A stretch of 64,000 bases of DNA, taken from Pseudovirgaria hyperparasitica (Eukaryota). The notes under the pieces were generated by a model that did not search any database, had not been told where the DNA came from, and was given only the letters and a program-made list of their open reading frames with translations. Positions 1-12,481 of the stretch are shown piece by piece (positions within the stretch are counted from its first letter, which is position 1; every line of letters begins with the position of its first letter). The position numbers and the translations under genes were made by a program. Location: the NCBI GenBank assembly GCA_010093815.1, contig ML996580.1, one strand, 5' to 3'.

Positions 1-1828
1 TGGCCTCAAGGCCAGCAAGCTCCAGCTCCCAGTACTCAACAGGCATATTCCTATCCAAATCAAGTGCATCAGTCTCCCCAACACCAGAGTCAGGGATATT
101 CCCAGCAGTCACCGTATGGCACGTATCCACAGGCGGCCCCCCAGCATTACACCCACCCTTCCAACCATAGTGGCTACTATCAACCGCCTCCCCATAATCA
201 ATACACACCGCAGGTAGTACAACAACAGCAGCAGCAACCTGTGCATCCCCAACAGTATCAACACCAACATCAGCACCAGCCAGCCCTGCAGCACAATTCC
301 TCGTCTTCCTACACAGGCAATTCCCCTCAATCTACATTCTACCCTACATATTCGAGTCATGTGTCAGCCTCACCCCAGAGCGCACACAGTGCACAAGGAT
401 CATCCTCATTTACACATCACAAAGGTATGCAAAATGGCCATCCTTATGGTCAAACTTATCCTCCCCAAACGCACATCCAGAGCCATCATTCGCGGGCCTC
501 GCAACCACCTGGTCCGCAGTATCCTCAAAGCCAAGGATACGACTGGCTCGGTGGTGTCTATGCGGATGACATGGGTACTGACGCTATTATTCCGCATGTC
601 GATGAAGCTCCGCCACCACGAAAGCTTCCTAAAGAAGGACCGTGTATCTTTGCCCCCGAGGATGAGCATGTTTTCTGGGATTTCGAGAACTCTGTCGGAG
701 CATTCTGGCCAAAGGCCGGAGACTACGTAAACCCTCGAACAAGCATAGGTGTTCAAGGTATTTGATTAATTTGATGTAACATGCATAATCACTAAATCAT
801 TATAGTTTGGCGGTCTGCTCAAAGGCTCACGCGGCCGCTACCAAGCTTATGGAAGGAAGCCGAAGAGCAAGCACAAGCACCTCCTAAAGAACCACTCAAC
901 TATGGCAACTCTGTTTCAGAGTATCATACTGCTGAGAATGCTCACGAGTCTCAACTTGACGTTCGGCAGACAGACTTTTGGGAAGAGGTAAAACACTTTT
1001 CAGAGTTCAAAGAATTACAGATACCACGGACGTCAAATCCTAGAACCATATCCAAGGATGAATGGAGCATCATGGACTCTTTAGACCAAGCATTGAATAC
1101 CTCAATAAATTCTCAGCCCCCGACATCTTTAAGCCTACAAGGTGGAGAAAAGCAAAAAACCTTTGGATTTTCAGTTGACAGCAACCACCGTACCAGTAGT
1201 CAGTCATCGAGCAATGGAAAGCGTCGGTCTCCCGGACAGGATTATAGACAGACGAAGCCCCCTACCGATCTAACACAAAATGCCGAGCTAGACGCTGCCC
1301 AGGAGGAGATCCTCGCCCGATTAGGTGTCTCAGGGCCAGCGAAACCTTCTGTTTGGACGCCTGCTGATGTTGTGCCTGGGTCTATACCAGGTGCTCCACC
1401 TCCGCCGCCGCCGCCACCACCACCGGAGCCCCAAATGAGGCGCTCACCGTCAATAGATCCCTGGGCGGAGAATCGAGACCGACGTTCCCCCTCACGACAG
1501 TCTTCTGGCAGCCACAAAACAATTGCTGGTTCGGACTTTGATCCAGACGGCCATGACTCTCGTGTACTGAATGAAGAATCGATCAAGACCGAAGATGTTA
1601 CGCATAAAACGGAAACTTCTCTCCTTCGCAAGCGATCACGAGGTAACGACCTTTCGCTGTATGCCGCTTCGGACCTTGGCCGTAATCAAGAGGATGATGG
1701 CGGCAGACAAGCTGATGATGGTGGTAAGAAGAAGCGGCCTAAGCTGAACGGCCGCATCAGCTCCGTATATGGGTAAGCTGTTCTTCTCTAGTCCATTATA
1801 TTCCTAACGAACAAGTAGCCGCCGTTAA
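1..1828 (+). CDS. Low-complexity Q/H/P-rich fungal protein of unknown function (5' end lies outside the window)
   Basis: ORFs 64-765 and 1072-1776 join in frame through intron 758-805 (GTATTT...TAG). A second intron 1773-1818 (GTAAGC...CTAAC...TAG) gives the C-terminus ...SVYGRR* (stop 1826-1828). Contains a poly-Pro run and a basic NLS-like KKKRPK. Confidence 0.7.
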
Positions 1829-2840
1829 TATACAGACTCGCAACCTTGAAATGTTTTCATGGACTTCTTGCACATACCATGTCACGGCTGTGCAACGCAT
1901 TGTGTTTCAAAGGCACTCTCACTTCACGAGTGTCTTAAGTCGTTCCGTCCCTACACAGACATAACTTAGAATAGCACTTTGCAACTTGTCTTGTAATTGT
2001 CGCATTCTTTGGCTCTATAACTCACTCTCACAGCCTGACAAGGTGTTTGGGTTCGCTTGGGTACTGTCTTCTTCTTGAATATACCTTTTTCTGCCCAATG
2101 GTGGGTTTGTTTAGAGTTTGGCCTATCTGGTTCAGTATCGCTGTATTCCTTTACCAGAGTCATTTTTCTGCGCTGAAAGAATCTCGCACGCGGAATCCCA
2201 TGGCCTGATCGCCGTCTGTTCATGTCAATATTGCTACCCTGCTACAGTTGAGCTACTTTGCTTAGGCGAGTCGTACTAGCTTTGGTTCCACTGGTCTTCT
2301 AATTCAGTTGCCATAAGTCACTTCTATATCTCGCATTTTGGTAGTATTTACCCAAAAAGTCCCGAGTCCATTGCAGTCACAACGTTCTTTACGTCGATCA
2401 AAAAGTCTCTAATCTTCTTCAGTGTGCCAAATTCATGACTCTCCTTCATGTCTATAAGCCGTCTCCACAAAGCTTCGAAATATCTTTCGGCATGTTTCAT
2501 CCTTTCACGGTTCGCTCGTTGCCTCGTTGATCATGCTGACGTGTACAAGGACAAAGCTAGCATATACAATGAGGGAGACTAGTCTGTAGACTCTTCAGGC
2601 ACAAGTCAGGCCGCAAAGTGTCCACAGACCAATGTCCTAGTATTGTGTGTATACAGTTTAAATAGGGTGAGTATGCTTACATGCTGATATGAGCAGATAA
2701 ACCTTGGCCGCAGCACTTTGCTACATGCTTTATGGCACCTCACAAATTGAGCGTACGTCGTAGGCTTGTCAATCAGGAAGACCTTATCTTCACCAACCTT
2801 GGCATCGGTCCAGTCTGGGCTATTGCTGTTCTATTATACC

Positions 2841-5384
2841 TTATTTCACTAATCTATCATGTTCATCATCATCGTCGTCATCCGTCTCCTCTTCATACTC
2901 CTCCTCATCATCATCGTCACTCTCCTCCTCTGTCTCCTCGCTCTCTGTCTCCGTCTCCTCACTCTCTTCCTCTCCCGCATCGTCTTCTGCCAGCCAGTCA
3001 TCAAGCGTCTTTTCTTTCACTCCATTCGCCTTATGTGGCGTAGCGACTGGCTCTGTTATTCCCGCTCCTCGATCGAGCTGTTCGCTTGCGCTAAGCGTCT
3101 TCTCGCCATACTCGACCTTGCTTGCCCCTATTGCATCACGGAGCCTTGGTCCAGGCTCGTCACCAGCCTTCACCCACTCTGGCAGATCCTTGTACCCGCG
3201 CAAGCCACTGACACCAACCTCGTCTCCAATTGCGAGACTAGCGCTACCCAATGTGTAGTTTTTACGCGCGCTTGATGGGTTGGGGATCTGCGGCACGGGC
3301 TTGGGTGCGAGAAGCAGTAATGATGCGAGGGCAGTCGAAGATGGCACGCTAAGTAAGTTGCGGAATACGCGCGCTCGGTCGCGTAGATTATAGGATGTAT
3401 CGTAGCGGATGAGCAGTAAAGTGTGTTGCCATAAGAGGATGATTGGGTGCTCCGGAGTACTCGGAACCTCGGGTGAAGCTACATCGTCGGCCGTATCGCG
3501 GAAGCCAGCGTCGTCGCCTTCTAGTGCAGATGCAAATAGTGTCGAGCTCGTAGTTTCAACTAAATTGGTCTTTTCGTGAACCTGTGATTTATGTGGTTGT
3601 GTTTCATTCAAGTGATGCAAGTATACCTTGGCCGCGAGCAGCAGAATTTGCAGCTTCGCCGGCTCCTGCTCATCTGCAAAGCCCTTGACCAGGATGCGCA
3701 AAACATCAGGCGCAATGCTGTCACTCAACGAGCCATTCACAGCGGCAAACTCGCCCACGAGCCATATGATACTCGCACGAGCCTGCGGCGAAGTTGCCAC
3801 GTCAAGGTGCTTCGCGAGCCGCACGACAGTATTCCGGTGCGCATCCGGATCGCGCTGTATGAGATGTCTTATGACCTCCAGCGACTCGGCAACGAGATGC
3901 GCGTCCGCCGTGCCAATATGCGCGAGCAACAGCCGTAGACAGCGGGCGCTCGTGCCTGGGTCCTGAGAGCTCTGCGCGCAGCGTCCGATCGCACGGACGG
4001 CTTCGCGGACGAGCGAGGCATCGTAGCTACTGCCGGAGCGCGAGAAGTGACTGAGTTCGGCGAGAATCAGACTTTGGAGGCGGGCCGGGGCACAGGGAAA
4101 GATGAGGGTCAGGAGTTCGAGTTTGAGGGTCCAGATCTGCGGGGAGTCTGTTGCGCGGATGAAGAAGTGGCGGTAGTGCGGGACGAAGAGTTGGGGGTGG
4201 AGGAGGCAGATCTGGACGATGTTGTGCAGGGCGATTTGTTGCATTGAGGTTGGGGTGCGCAAGAGGGCGATGAGAGGGCCGATGGCGGTGGAGATGTGGG
4301 TTGTATCGCCGAGGTAGAGAAAGCAGCGGGTGACGGCGACAACTACGGCGGAGTTGCGTGAAGAAAGAAGCGGTTCCATGGCGTTGAGTAGGAGGGCGAG
4401 GTCGGGGTCGAGGACGGCTTCGGTGGTGTATTGGGTGTCGTCGTCGGGAGATTCGTCGGAGGAGTCGTCGTAGAAGCCTTTGGTGCCTTTTGATGGTGCC
4501 GCGGCTGTGGGTTTCTTCACCCGTCGTGTTCTTCTTGGGAAGCATTTTCGTGCGTACACGAGCATTAATTGGAGGGTTGCCAATTGTCCCCACTCGTCCA
4601 TGTCTACCAGTTTGCGGATCAAGCTACGATAGTGACCGTGGATAAGCTCAAGACGCTCTGGGCAAATCTCAAGGAATGCCGCAACAGCGGCTCCCACGAC
4701 ATAGTACTGCTTGTCACCGAGAAGAATGGACAAGTGTTCCAACAGCTGAGGCAGAGTGTTCGGGTCGAGCCGGTAGCATTTGGGTATTGCTAATGCAGCA
4801 GCTTTCCGCACGTAAGGGCTCATGTCTCCAACACCTCCTTTTATGCCTAGTGATACGATTTGGCTTATAACAGGAACCTTGATTCCTGACATTACTCGTA
4901 GCGCAAGAGCTCGCACTTGGGGGTTTGAGTCTCGAAGTGACTTTTGTATGGTATTAATGGACAAGAGTGCGGTGTCAGGCTCGGCTTCGGCATGGTGGAG
5001 GAGGTAGATGTATACCAGCTTCTTGATTTCGAGGTTTGGCGAAGCAATGTTCTTGACCACTGCACTGAAGAAGGGGAGGGTATGTTGGCAACGATAGGTC
5101 ATCTATATTTTAATGAGAACGTGCCATTCGGAATGAAGCCTGTACACACAGCAATGACCCGTCGTAGACCTTCTAGCACTTCGCGCTCACTACGACTATC
5201 CAGAAGCTTCTTCAATTGCGCAGCAGGAGTTGTGCGAGTCGTTGTCCTGCGCATGTTGCTGGCATCGCGTGCAGCTTCGAGAGTCAGGTCTCGAGCTATT
5301 GGTCAGGTCAGTGGATGTCACACAGCGAGCAGCATGTAACGTACCTGTTTCCAGCATCCCAGAAACCCTAGAAAGAGACTCCAT
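2841..5384 (-). CDS. APL6: AP-3 adaptor complex beta subunit
   Basis: Adaptin_N motifs (VVKNIASPNLEIKKLVYIYL, SINTIQKSLRDSNPQVRALALR, YDTSYNLRDRAR) and an acidic C-terminal tract. Start MESLSRVSGMLET at 5384, with two short 5' introns (~5344-5292, ~5152-5104). Confidence 0.92.
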
Positions 5385-5670
5385 GGTGCTGTCCGGGTAA
5401 CACGCCAATTAGCACAGAGTCTGAGACGACATGGAGGTGAGGTTGTTACCGGTATGTATATAGTGGGGGTCAGGCGTCAGGCAGGATTTTGTTATGCCTG
5501 AGGCACTCCGAACCTCCGTCTTCTCCGCAAACCACTCCAATTCAACAACACATCTCGCGCACGTGTCCCAAGGCCTGTGTATCTAATCATCACAACTCCT
5601 TGGTACATCGCAACATTTCGACCAAAATGCATGCTGTATCAGAATCAGTTGACTTGTATCGTGACGCAAC

Positions 5671-6384
5671 ATGACAGCCATACGCGCTCCATGTCCCATT
5701 GTCCTGGAACACGCAAAGCTTTTGCCTTTACTTATTTGGATATCGAACCATCGAAACACGAAGGTCACGATCTTGATCTGTGAGACTCGTTCCGACTTCG
5801 AGACGCGTATAATTCTGGAGCTACTAGCGACCGGTTCGAATATACTCCATCCTACCTTGGAGAGGCTCTCAAACAGCCGCTACATTGACCTCAGATTCTG
5901 CTCCACGGCAGAAGCATTACATGCATACCTTACTGCTTATAGTGTTAAGAGTACAGCAAGTATCGACGAAGACACCGAGGCTTCTGTCCTCGCTATTGTA
6001 GATCCCATCAAAATGCACGAAATGTCACCATTATATTCAGCGCAGGGACTCAGTAAGTTTTTCGCAGCTGCTGTGGATGCCTCCACTATATCAGGAGCGC
6101 AACTATATGTCGTCGAGTGCGCAGTGCCGCTGCTTCGATCAACCTCTATAGATATACCAATGGACGATTACAACGACACTCCAGCCGAGGCAACATCCCC
6201 GGGACTTGATCTCGAAGAAGTCTCTATTGCGACTGAGATCGACCCCTGGAATGCCGAAGTGCCCATTCTGAATGCAACAACCAGGACTTTTGGCCCCGGG
6301 CAACGTGGCTGGATGGGACGCACAGTGGGAATCAAGAGAATTGCAGCGAGATGGTGTATTTTCAAGCGATTGGACGAAACATAG
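5671..6384 (+). CDS. Fungal hypothetical protein (alpha/beta, 237 aa)
   Basis: Single clean ORF divergent from APL6. Protein-like motifs SAQGLSKFFAAAVD, DPWNAEVPILN and GWMGRTV. Confidence 0.7.
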   Translation: MTAIRAPCPIVLEHAKLLPLLIWISNHRNTKVTILICETRSDFETRIILELLATGSNILHPTLERLSNSRYIDLRFCSTAEALHAYLTAYSVKSTASIDEDTEASVLAIVDPIKMHEMSPLYSAQGLSKFFAAAVDASTISGAQLYVVECAVPLLRSTSIDIPMDDYNDTPAEATSPGLDLEEVSIATEIDPWNAEVPILNATTRTFGPGQRGWMGRTVGIKRIAARWCIFKRLDET

Positions 6385-6501
6385 CACTCCATCTGCGCCT
6401 TGAATCAAGATCCCATGTGTTGGCTACGATGTGACTAGAGTGTATTCCTCAGAATCGATCTGCTGCCTACAGTATCAACTTTCGAGACCTCGAAAAGATC
6501 T

Positions 6502-7506
6502 CTAGGATTCCTCGACTCTCCGTTTCGTAGTGAGAAGGTCCAGAATCGCATCATCCCTGTGCCTCGCAATCATTCCAAGATCAACGTCCACAACCATGTC
6601 TTGCACACTGTGATCGACCATCTGAATACCTTCCTCGGTCAGTGCTGTTCGATGCTCGTCCATGTCATCTAGCCACTCTTTGATCATAGGTCCAAGGTGG
6701 CGCTGGAGTTTTAAGAATCCGTCCTTACCGCCTCCCCCGCCCAGTACCTGGCTCATGAATGGCCCATTGATAGCCCATCGCGGGCCTAAGCTATTCGTCA
6801 TCGCCGCATCAACATCCCTCGCCGACACTACACCGCGGAACACCAGGCTCTTAGCCTCGCGTATGACGGCTGCTTGCAGACGGTTGGCGACGAAGCCAGG
6901 CGTTTCTTGGTGTATCAGGATGGGGCTCTTCCCCAGAGATCTGTAGAACTCCAGTGCCGTGTTTGATGCGTCTTTGGTCGTTCCGGTGTGAGGAACGACC
7001 TCGACAAGGGGCATCAAGTGCGGTGGGTTGAAGGGGTGGCCGATCAATACGCGTTCTGGAGCCCTGTGGCACTGGTCGATGAACTGCGAGGACGGTATCC
7101 CGGACGAGGAGGAAGCGATGACAGTATTTGGAGCTGCTTTTGCGTCAAGTCGCCCAAAAAGCTGTGCTTTGAATTCCTTCTTCTCCGGAGCGTTCTGGAG
7201 TCTGATCAGTCCAATCCCGACGCATCCATATAGATCTCAGCATACCTCTTGGACGAACTGGACTTCATCCAAGTGATCGACGACATCGTCAACGAATCTG
7301 TAGTTTGTCGGTGAAGCATTGTCGCTGAGACCTATCTTCCTCATTGTCGGCCAAGTAGCCTGGATGGACTGGTCCAGTTTCTCTCGTGCACCTGGCGCTG
7401 GGTCCGAGACTACGACATGTAGTCCGCGCGCAAGGAAAAGCGCGATCCAGCTTGACCCGATCACACCTGTGCCGACAACACCGACAGTTCTAATATGGTC
7501 GGCCAT
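6502..7506 (-). CDS. 3-hydroxyacyl-CoA dehydrogenase-like protein (lambda-crystallin / L-carnitine dehydrogenase family)
   Basis: Rossmann motif VGVVGTGVIGSSW; QE|NAPE across intron 7245-7195; ASSSSG; GHPFNPPHLMPLVEVV; PGFVANRLQAA; SLGPRWA. Confidence 0.9.
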
Positions 7507-8184
7507 GCTGTTATTTACCTGGACTTCACTGCACAAGGTTATGGACGTCGATATCTCACTCCGGGAACGAGGACTTTATCTGTAGACTAGCTACGAAACC
7601 TTAATCCGGAAGATGAAGAGTTTCGCTTGCAACAAGTCATAAGCATTTCGTGACAATTTCAACTGGAAAATCTTTGCATCAGCAATCAAGCACCCTTATC
7701 TGCGTCATTGTGCATGGCGACCAACTGAAATATTTATCATTCATGCATGAAGATAGCTCCGGGCCTTGATTCGGACCGGCTTGTAACCGTGACCGCCCAG
7801 CGGACATTGTGCACAAGTTGTCCAGAGATCGTCTTAATATGCAGCATCTCACTTCCCTTGGGAAAAGATACACGGACTTGTAGGCAACTCTAAACCCTGC
7901 AACAGAGAAATCTCAGCACCAAATCGAGCCAAGGCAAATGCAGTATGCAGGGGTAATGCATGTCTTCAAGTTATCGTACACTCTGATGACGTTCGAGCAA
8001 CTAGCTATAGGAACACACTGACGCGCATCATTCTTTCCCCCGTGTCGAGGCTGTTGATCACATTTATTTCTAGGTTATATTCCCCCCGGAGGTTCCGTAT
8101 GAAAATCCTGCACGAGTGCGGAGCATATAAAAGCGCACCATAGTATCGCGACAGTGAAGGCCAAAGACAAAAATCTCATACACA

Positions 8185-9947
8185 ATGGCTCAGTCTATTT
8201 CCTCTTTCTACGGACCTGGCACTTCCGTGGATGATACCTTTACTCCTGTCCCTCAAGATGCCTCTCGAATCCTCCACGAACTCGCTGCAAAGACTCCTGG
8301 CTTCACATGTGATGCATCTCTCCTGAATGGCGTCAATTTCACCGGTAACGACCTGCCAGCCATTCCAGGTCCCATCAAATCCACTGCCGTCACTGCTGCG
8401 CTTCATGCCATGGCCGGTATTATAGGCCATCAGATACTCTCTCTGCGTGGGCAATCTACAGATAATAAGACAAGCATCAATACCGATGCCGTTAATCTCT
8501 TCTTCAATACACCGGCCGTCGCCAGTATTGATGGCATCGACGGTCCGGCAGTTATGCAGAACCCTTCCCTCCAAGCGCAACAAACTACTATGGGCTTCAT
8601 TGGGGGCTCAAAACTCGACCTGCGCACCAGCGCCATATATCCGACGAAGACATTGAATACGTGGTACCAAGTGCACGGCAGCATGGACGCATCCTCCGTA
8701 TTAAAAGCCTTGGATATCGATCCAACACAGACTGTCGACGAGAGAGAAGCGTACGAAATCATCAAGAAACGTACACTGGAGCTGGAAGCAGCGGAGCTCG
8801 AGCTACTGATGCTTGAACATGGCCTATGTGGAACTATTGTGTACAGCCCAGCCGGGTGGCGAGCAACGCGCATGGGGAAGGACCTGGCACGACACCCCCT
8901 CGTGAACGGTGGTATGGTGCCTTTAAGCGAAACGATTCCACCGCCAAAATTTGCGCCTCTGGACCCGAGTGACAGGAGGCCGTTGGACGGCGTCAAAGTC
9001 TTGGAGTTGGCGCGTATCATAGCAGCACCAGCGGCTGGTGCGATACTGTCTAGTATGGGCGCCGAGGTGATTCGTATACAGAGCAAGGAATTGCCAGAGT
9101 ACGTGGTGAGTTATTCTATCTGTCTATCTGCGTAGTATAGCAGAGACTGATCGATCTCGAGCACGGCTGTCTAAGTCTCACGGCTGGAAAGAAGATGTAC
9201 GATCTTGATATAAACAATCCGTCAGGGCATCAACAACTCATCGACCTGATGTCATCTGCCGACATAATCATCCAGGGTTACCGCATCGGCTCCCTTGCGC
9301 GTAGGGGCTTTGGTCTCGATACCGCTATCAAAATTGCGGCTGCGCGAGGCAAAGGCATCGTCTACGTTGACGAGAACTGTTACGGGCCCGACGGCTATTA
9401 TGCCGAGCGGCCCGGCTGGCAACAGGTTGCTGATGCTGCGGCTGGAAGTTCGTATGTTATGGCAAAATCCTTCGGGCTTCCTGAAGGACAAGGCGTGCTG
9501 CCTTCTCTCCCTATCAGCGATATGTCGACGGGTGCACTGACAGCCGTGAATGCTATGCTCATGCTGCGAAACTGCATGGAGAAAGGAGGTGTATGGCATG
9601 GGACGTCCGCACTGACCGCATATAATGCACTAACACTAGAGCCGTGGGTCGGATTGTATGCCCCTGAAACGGTGCAGAAAGTCAAGGAAAGGTACACATT
9701 TCCGACGTGGGACGGCCGACTGCACGTAGTGGAGCTGTACTGGATGATGTTCAAGGCATGGAAGGAAGCGGGAGGCCTACTTGATCGCGAAGATATCTTC
9801 CAAACGTTTGCGGATAGTGCTTACGGGAAGAACCTGAGGATCTTGGCGCCGATTGTGAGATATCAGGATGAGAAGGCGACACCGAGATGGAGCTCGCCGC
9901 CGGAGCCGTACTGCTGCAGAACGGGTGTGCCACAGTGGGGAAAGTAA
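8185..9947 (+). CDS. Family III CoA-transferase (CaiB/BaiF-like, fungal long form)
   Basis: Motifs RPLDGVKVLELARIIAAPAAG, ADIIIQGYR, VYVDENCYGPDGYYAERPGWQQVADA and LPISDMSTG. One intron at about 9100-9160 (exact acceptor uncertain). TATA-like TATAAAA at ~8126. Confidence 0.9.
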
Positions 9948-10377
9948 GCGGAGGGTTCTGATTGTTCATTGAACTTACTTCGCTGACAATGTGTATGATG
10001 TCCTTTGTATACCCCATGACGGTACACACCAGTGGCTGGAGCAATTCAGGGGTGAGCGGTCGTTATACCAAGATCGACTTTTAGGCAGAATAACGCAGTA
10101 AAAGACTCATAAGCACAGAACAAGTCTTAGATGTTTTACCTGACTTGACTGTTGCGCCCTCAGGGGCCTTAGTTAGGTGGCTCCTATCAAAATAATCTCA
10201 TCTTTGCTCTCCGCGTACAGTTCATCCCAGGGAGTGCACCGCACTCACTCACCCGAGATCGGCCTCGGAGCTTCTCCGAAGCTCTAGTGGGCGGGGTCTA
10301 TCGCTATCGCAATTCATGCCGAAAGTACAAACGAGTTCCTCGTCATCCTCAGCAATTGCCCTCTTCTGCACATATAC

Positions 10378-11432
10378 ATGCCTCTCCAGCATCTCACAAA
10401 GCAATTAATCCGCCGTCCAATCGCGCTCCTACACAGTTCCCGCCCACAACACCTCCTTACCCAACAACAGCTTACCTTCCACCCCTTCGTCCATCTCCGC
10501 ACCATGACATCCACAATGGCCCAACGCCTCTCCGGCAAGACCATTGTAATAACCGGTGCCTCGTCGGGCATCGGCCGCAGCACCGCGCTCGAATTCGCAC
10601 GCACATCGCCCCAGAACCTCAAGATCGTCATCACGGCGCGGCGCATCGATGCCTTGCAGGATGTTGCGGCAACTATTAAGAGCGAGGTGGGTGAGGGTGT
10701 GCAGGTGCTGCCGGTAAAGCTCGACGTGAGCAACGCGGACGAGGTGCGCGGCTTCGTGGAGGGTTTGCCCGAGGGCTGGAGGGATGTGGATGTGTTGATC
10801 AATAACGCGTGGGTTTTTTCCGTTGCTTGAAGTGAAGGGGACAGGATGCTGATAGTAATTGGGATTTCGCAGAGGGATGGTCAAAGGCGTTGCGCAGGCC
10901 CCTGAGATCGCAGAGGATGATCTGAACACCATGCTTGCCACCAATGTTACCGGGCTCATTAATATGACGCAGGCCATTATGAAGATATACAAGGCGCGCC
11001 CTGATGGTGGCCGTGGTGATATTATCAATATTGGGTCCATTGCGGGTCGTGAGCCGTACCCGGGCGGGAGCATCTACTGCGCGACGAAGGCTGCTGTCCG
11101 CAGCTTCACGGATGCGCTGCGCAAAGAGAACGTTTCAAATCGGATCCGCGTCATGTGCGTGGATCCGGGACAGGTAGAGACAGAGTTCAGTGTGGTACGA
11201 TTCTATGGGGATAAGGAGAAGGCGGATGCGGTATATAAGTGAGTTGCACGAAGGTTCTAGGTGCAAGAGATGTACTAATCGATTGGATAGGGGTGTTGAT
11301 CCGCTTACGCCAGAGGATATCGCAGAAGTCATTGTGTTTGCAGCTGGACGGCGCGAAAATGTCGTTATGGCGGACTCATTGATATTTCCCAGCCATCAAG
11401 CTTCACCAGCGCATATGCACCGAAAATCATAG
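10378..11432 (+). CDS. Short-chain dehydrogenase, NADP-dependent 3-hydroxy-acid / L-allo-threonine dehydrogenase type (YMR226C/YdfG-like)
   Basis: Motifs ITGASSGIG, NNAG (across intron 10809-10872), GSIAG and YCATK. Second intron 11239-11290. Alternative in-frame ATGs at 10504 and 10516. Confidence 0.9.
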
Positions 11433-11548
11433 GAGCGAAAGCCACATGAATCAAAATGACCAAGTGCTGGTCTTCAATTACTTTTGTTCAGCGAATCTAT
11501 AAACCGTGTGCTCACGCATTGCATGTCGCCGTTCCCAGCTCAGACCAC

Positions 11549-12050
11549 TCAGGCCTTGCCCTTCCTCCTCAATTCCTCTTCCTCTTCATCCTGGATCTGC
11601 TTATCGATCTTCGCGCCCTTGGACGGCTCATTGCCATGGCTCTTCGCCAACAGCGTAGGATCCTTCTCAATCATCTTTTGTTCCTCCGTTTTCTCGTCAG
11701 CCTCGCTCTCACGCTGTGACAACCAAAAACCATAACGTTAGCATCACTTCTTACAGAACCATGTTGGAATAATGCCAAGGTTCAATCGACGATAACAATG
11801 GACGACGTACCTTGCTTTCGCGCGCAAGCTTGTTCGCAATGCTGCGCTCATCCTTGGAGTCTAGCGCCTTGTGGCTGTGCTCCTTGCCCTCATGGAACCG
11901 CTCTTCTTTCTTCGCGTCCTTGATCTCGGAGTCTTTGTAGTTTTTCTGCGGTTGTGTTAATGATCGATGACGTGTGTGGATGTGCGTGTGTGTGTATACC
12001 TGGTCGCCGGCCTCGTAGATCTGGCTGTTGCCAACGTTGGATTGAGACAT
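11549..12050 (-). CDS. Small hydrophilic fungal protein (probable stress/spore-associated)
   Basis: Three exons (introns ~11999-11946 and ~11810-11714) give MSQSNVGNSQIYEAGDQ...KDERSIANKL...KKDPTLLAKSHGNEPSKGAKIDKQIQDEEEEELRRKGKA*. Highly charged composition. Confidence 0.85.
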
Positions 12051-12177
12051 GATGATTGTGGATTGGAGATAAAGGTTCGGAGGCTGTGTATGATTGGAGG
12101 TGAACAGTGAGTATGTTAAGTGAGGATTTGTTGATGGGATTTGGGGAAATGCTGTGCGTCCTGGATCGAGATTTTGT

Positions 12178-12199
12178 AGGGGTTGAGGTGTGACGTCAC
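12178..12199. promoter_or_regulatory. STRE-like AGGGG plus palindromic ATF/CRE site GTGACGTCAC upstream of the small hydrophilic protein gene
   Basis: AGGGG at 12178-12182 and TGACGTCA at 12191-12198, about 130-150 bp upstream of ATG 12050. Confidence 0.5.
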
Positions 12200-12481
12200 T
12201 GGGTGAATGCGCGCATATGCCCCGCTGTATGATGATGCGAAGTCGCGTGCCCGTGCGCAGTGCAGTCGTGCATTCCGTGAAGGAAGGCTGTATTCATTGT
12301 ATCATGTCATTTCAGATCTATAGTCTAGGTGGGTATCTTTCAAGCACTTCTCGTGCAATGTGGTTGGGCGTGTCTGTGGGACACAGATTCAAGGTCTATG
12401 AACGCCTGCTACAAGAATCCATTGCATCTACTTCCGTCCCACCAGGAAGACCTGAGCGCGGTGCTTCCGGGCTGCTGGTCT

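Noticed and set aside
1966..2540. Minus-strand protein-like fragments (MKHAERYFEALWRR..., MNRRRSGHG...) with an intron-like signal
   Set aside because: Splicing gives only a ~60-aa product with no recognisable motif; I cannot support a gene.
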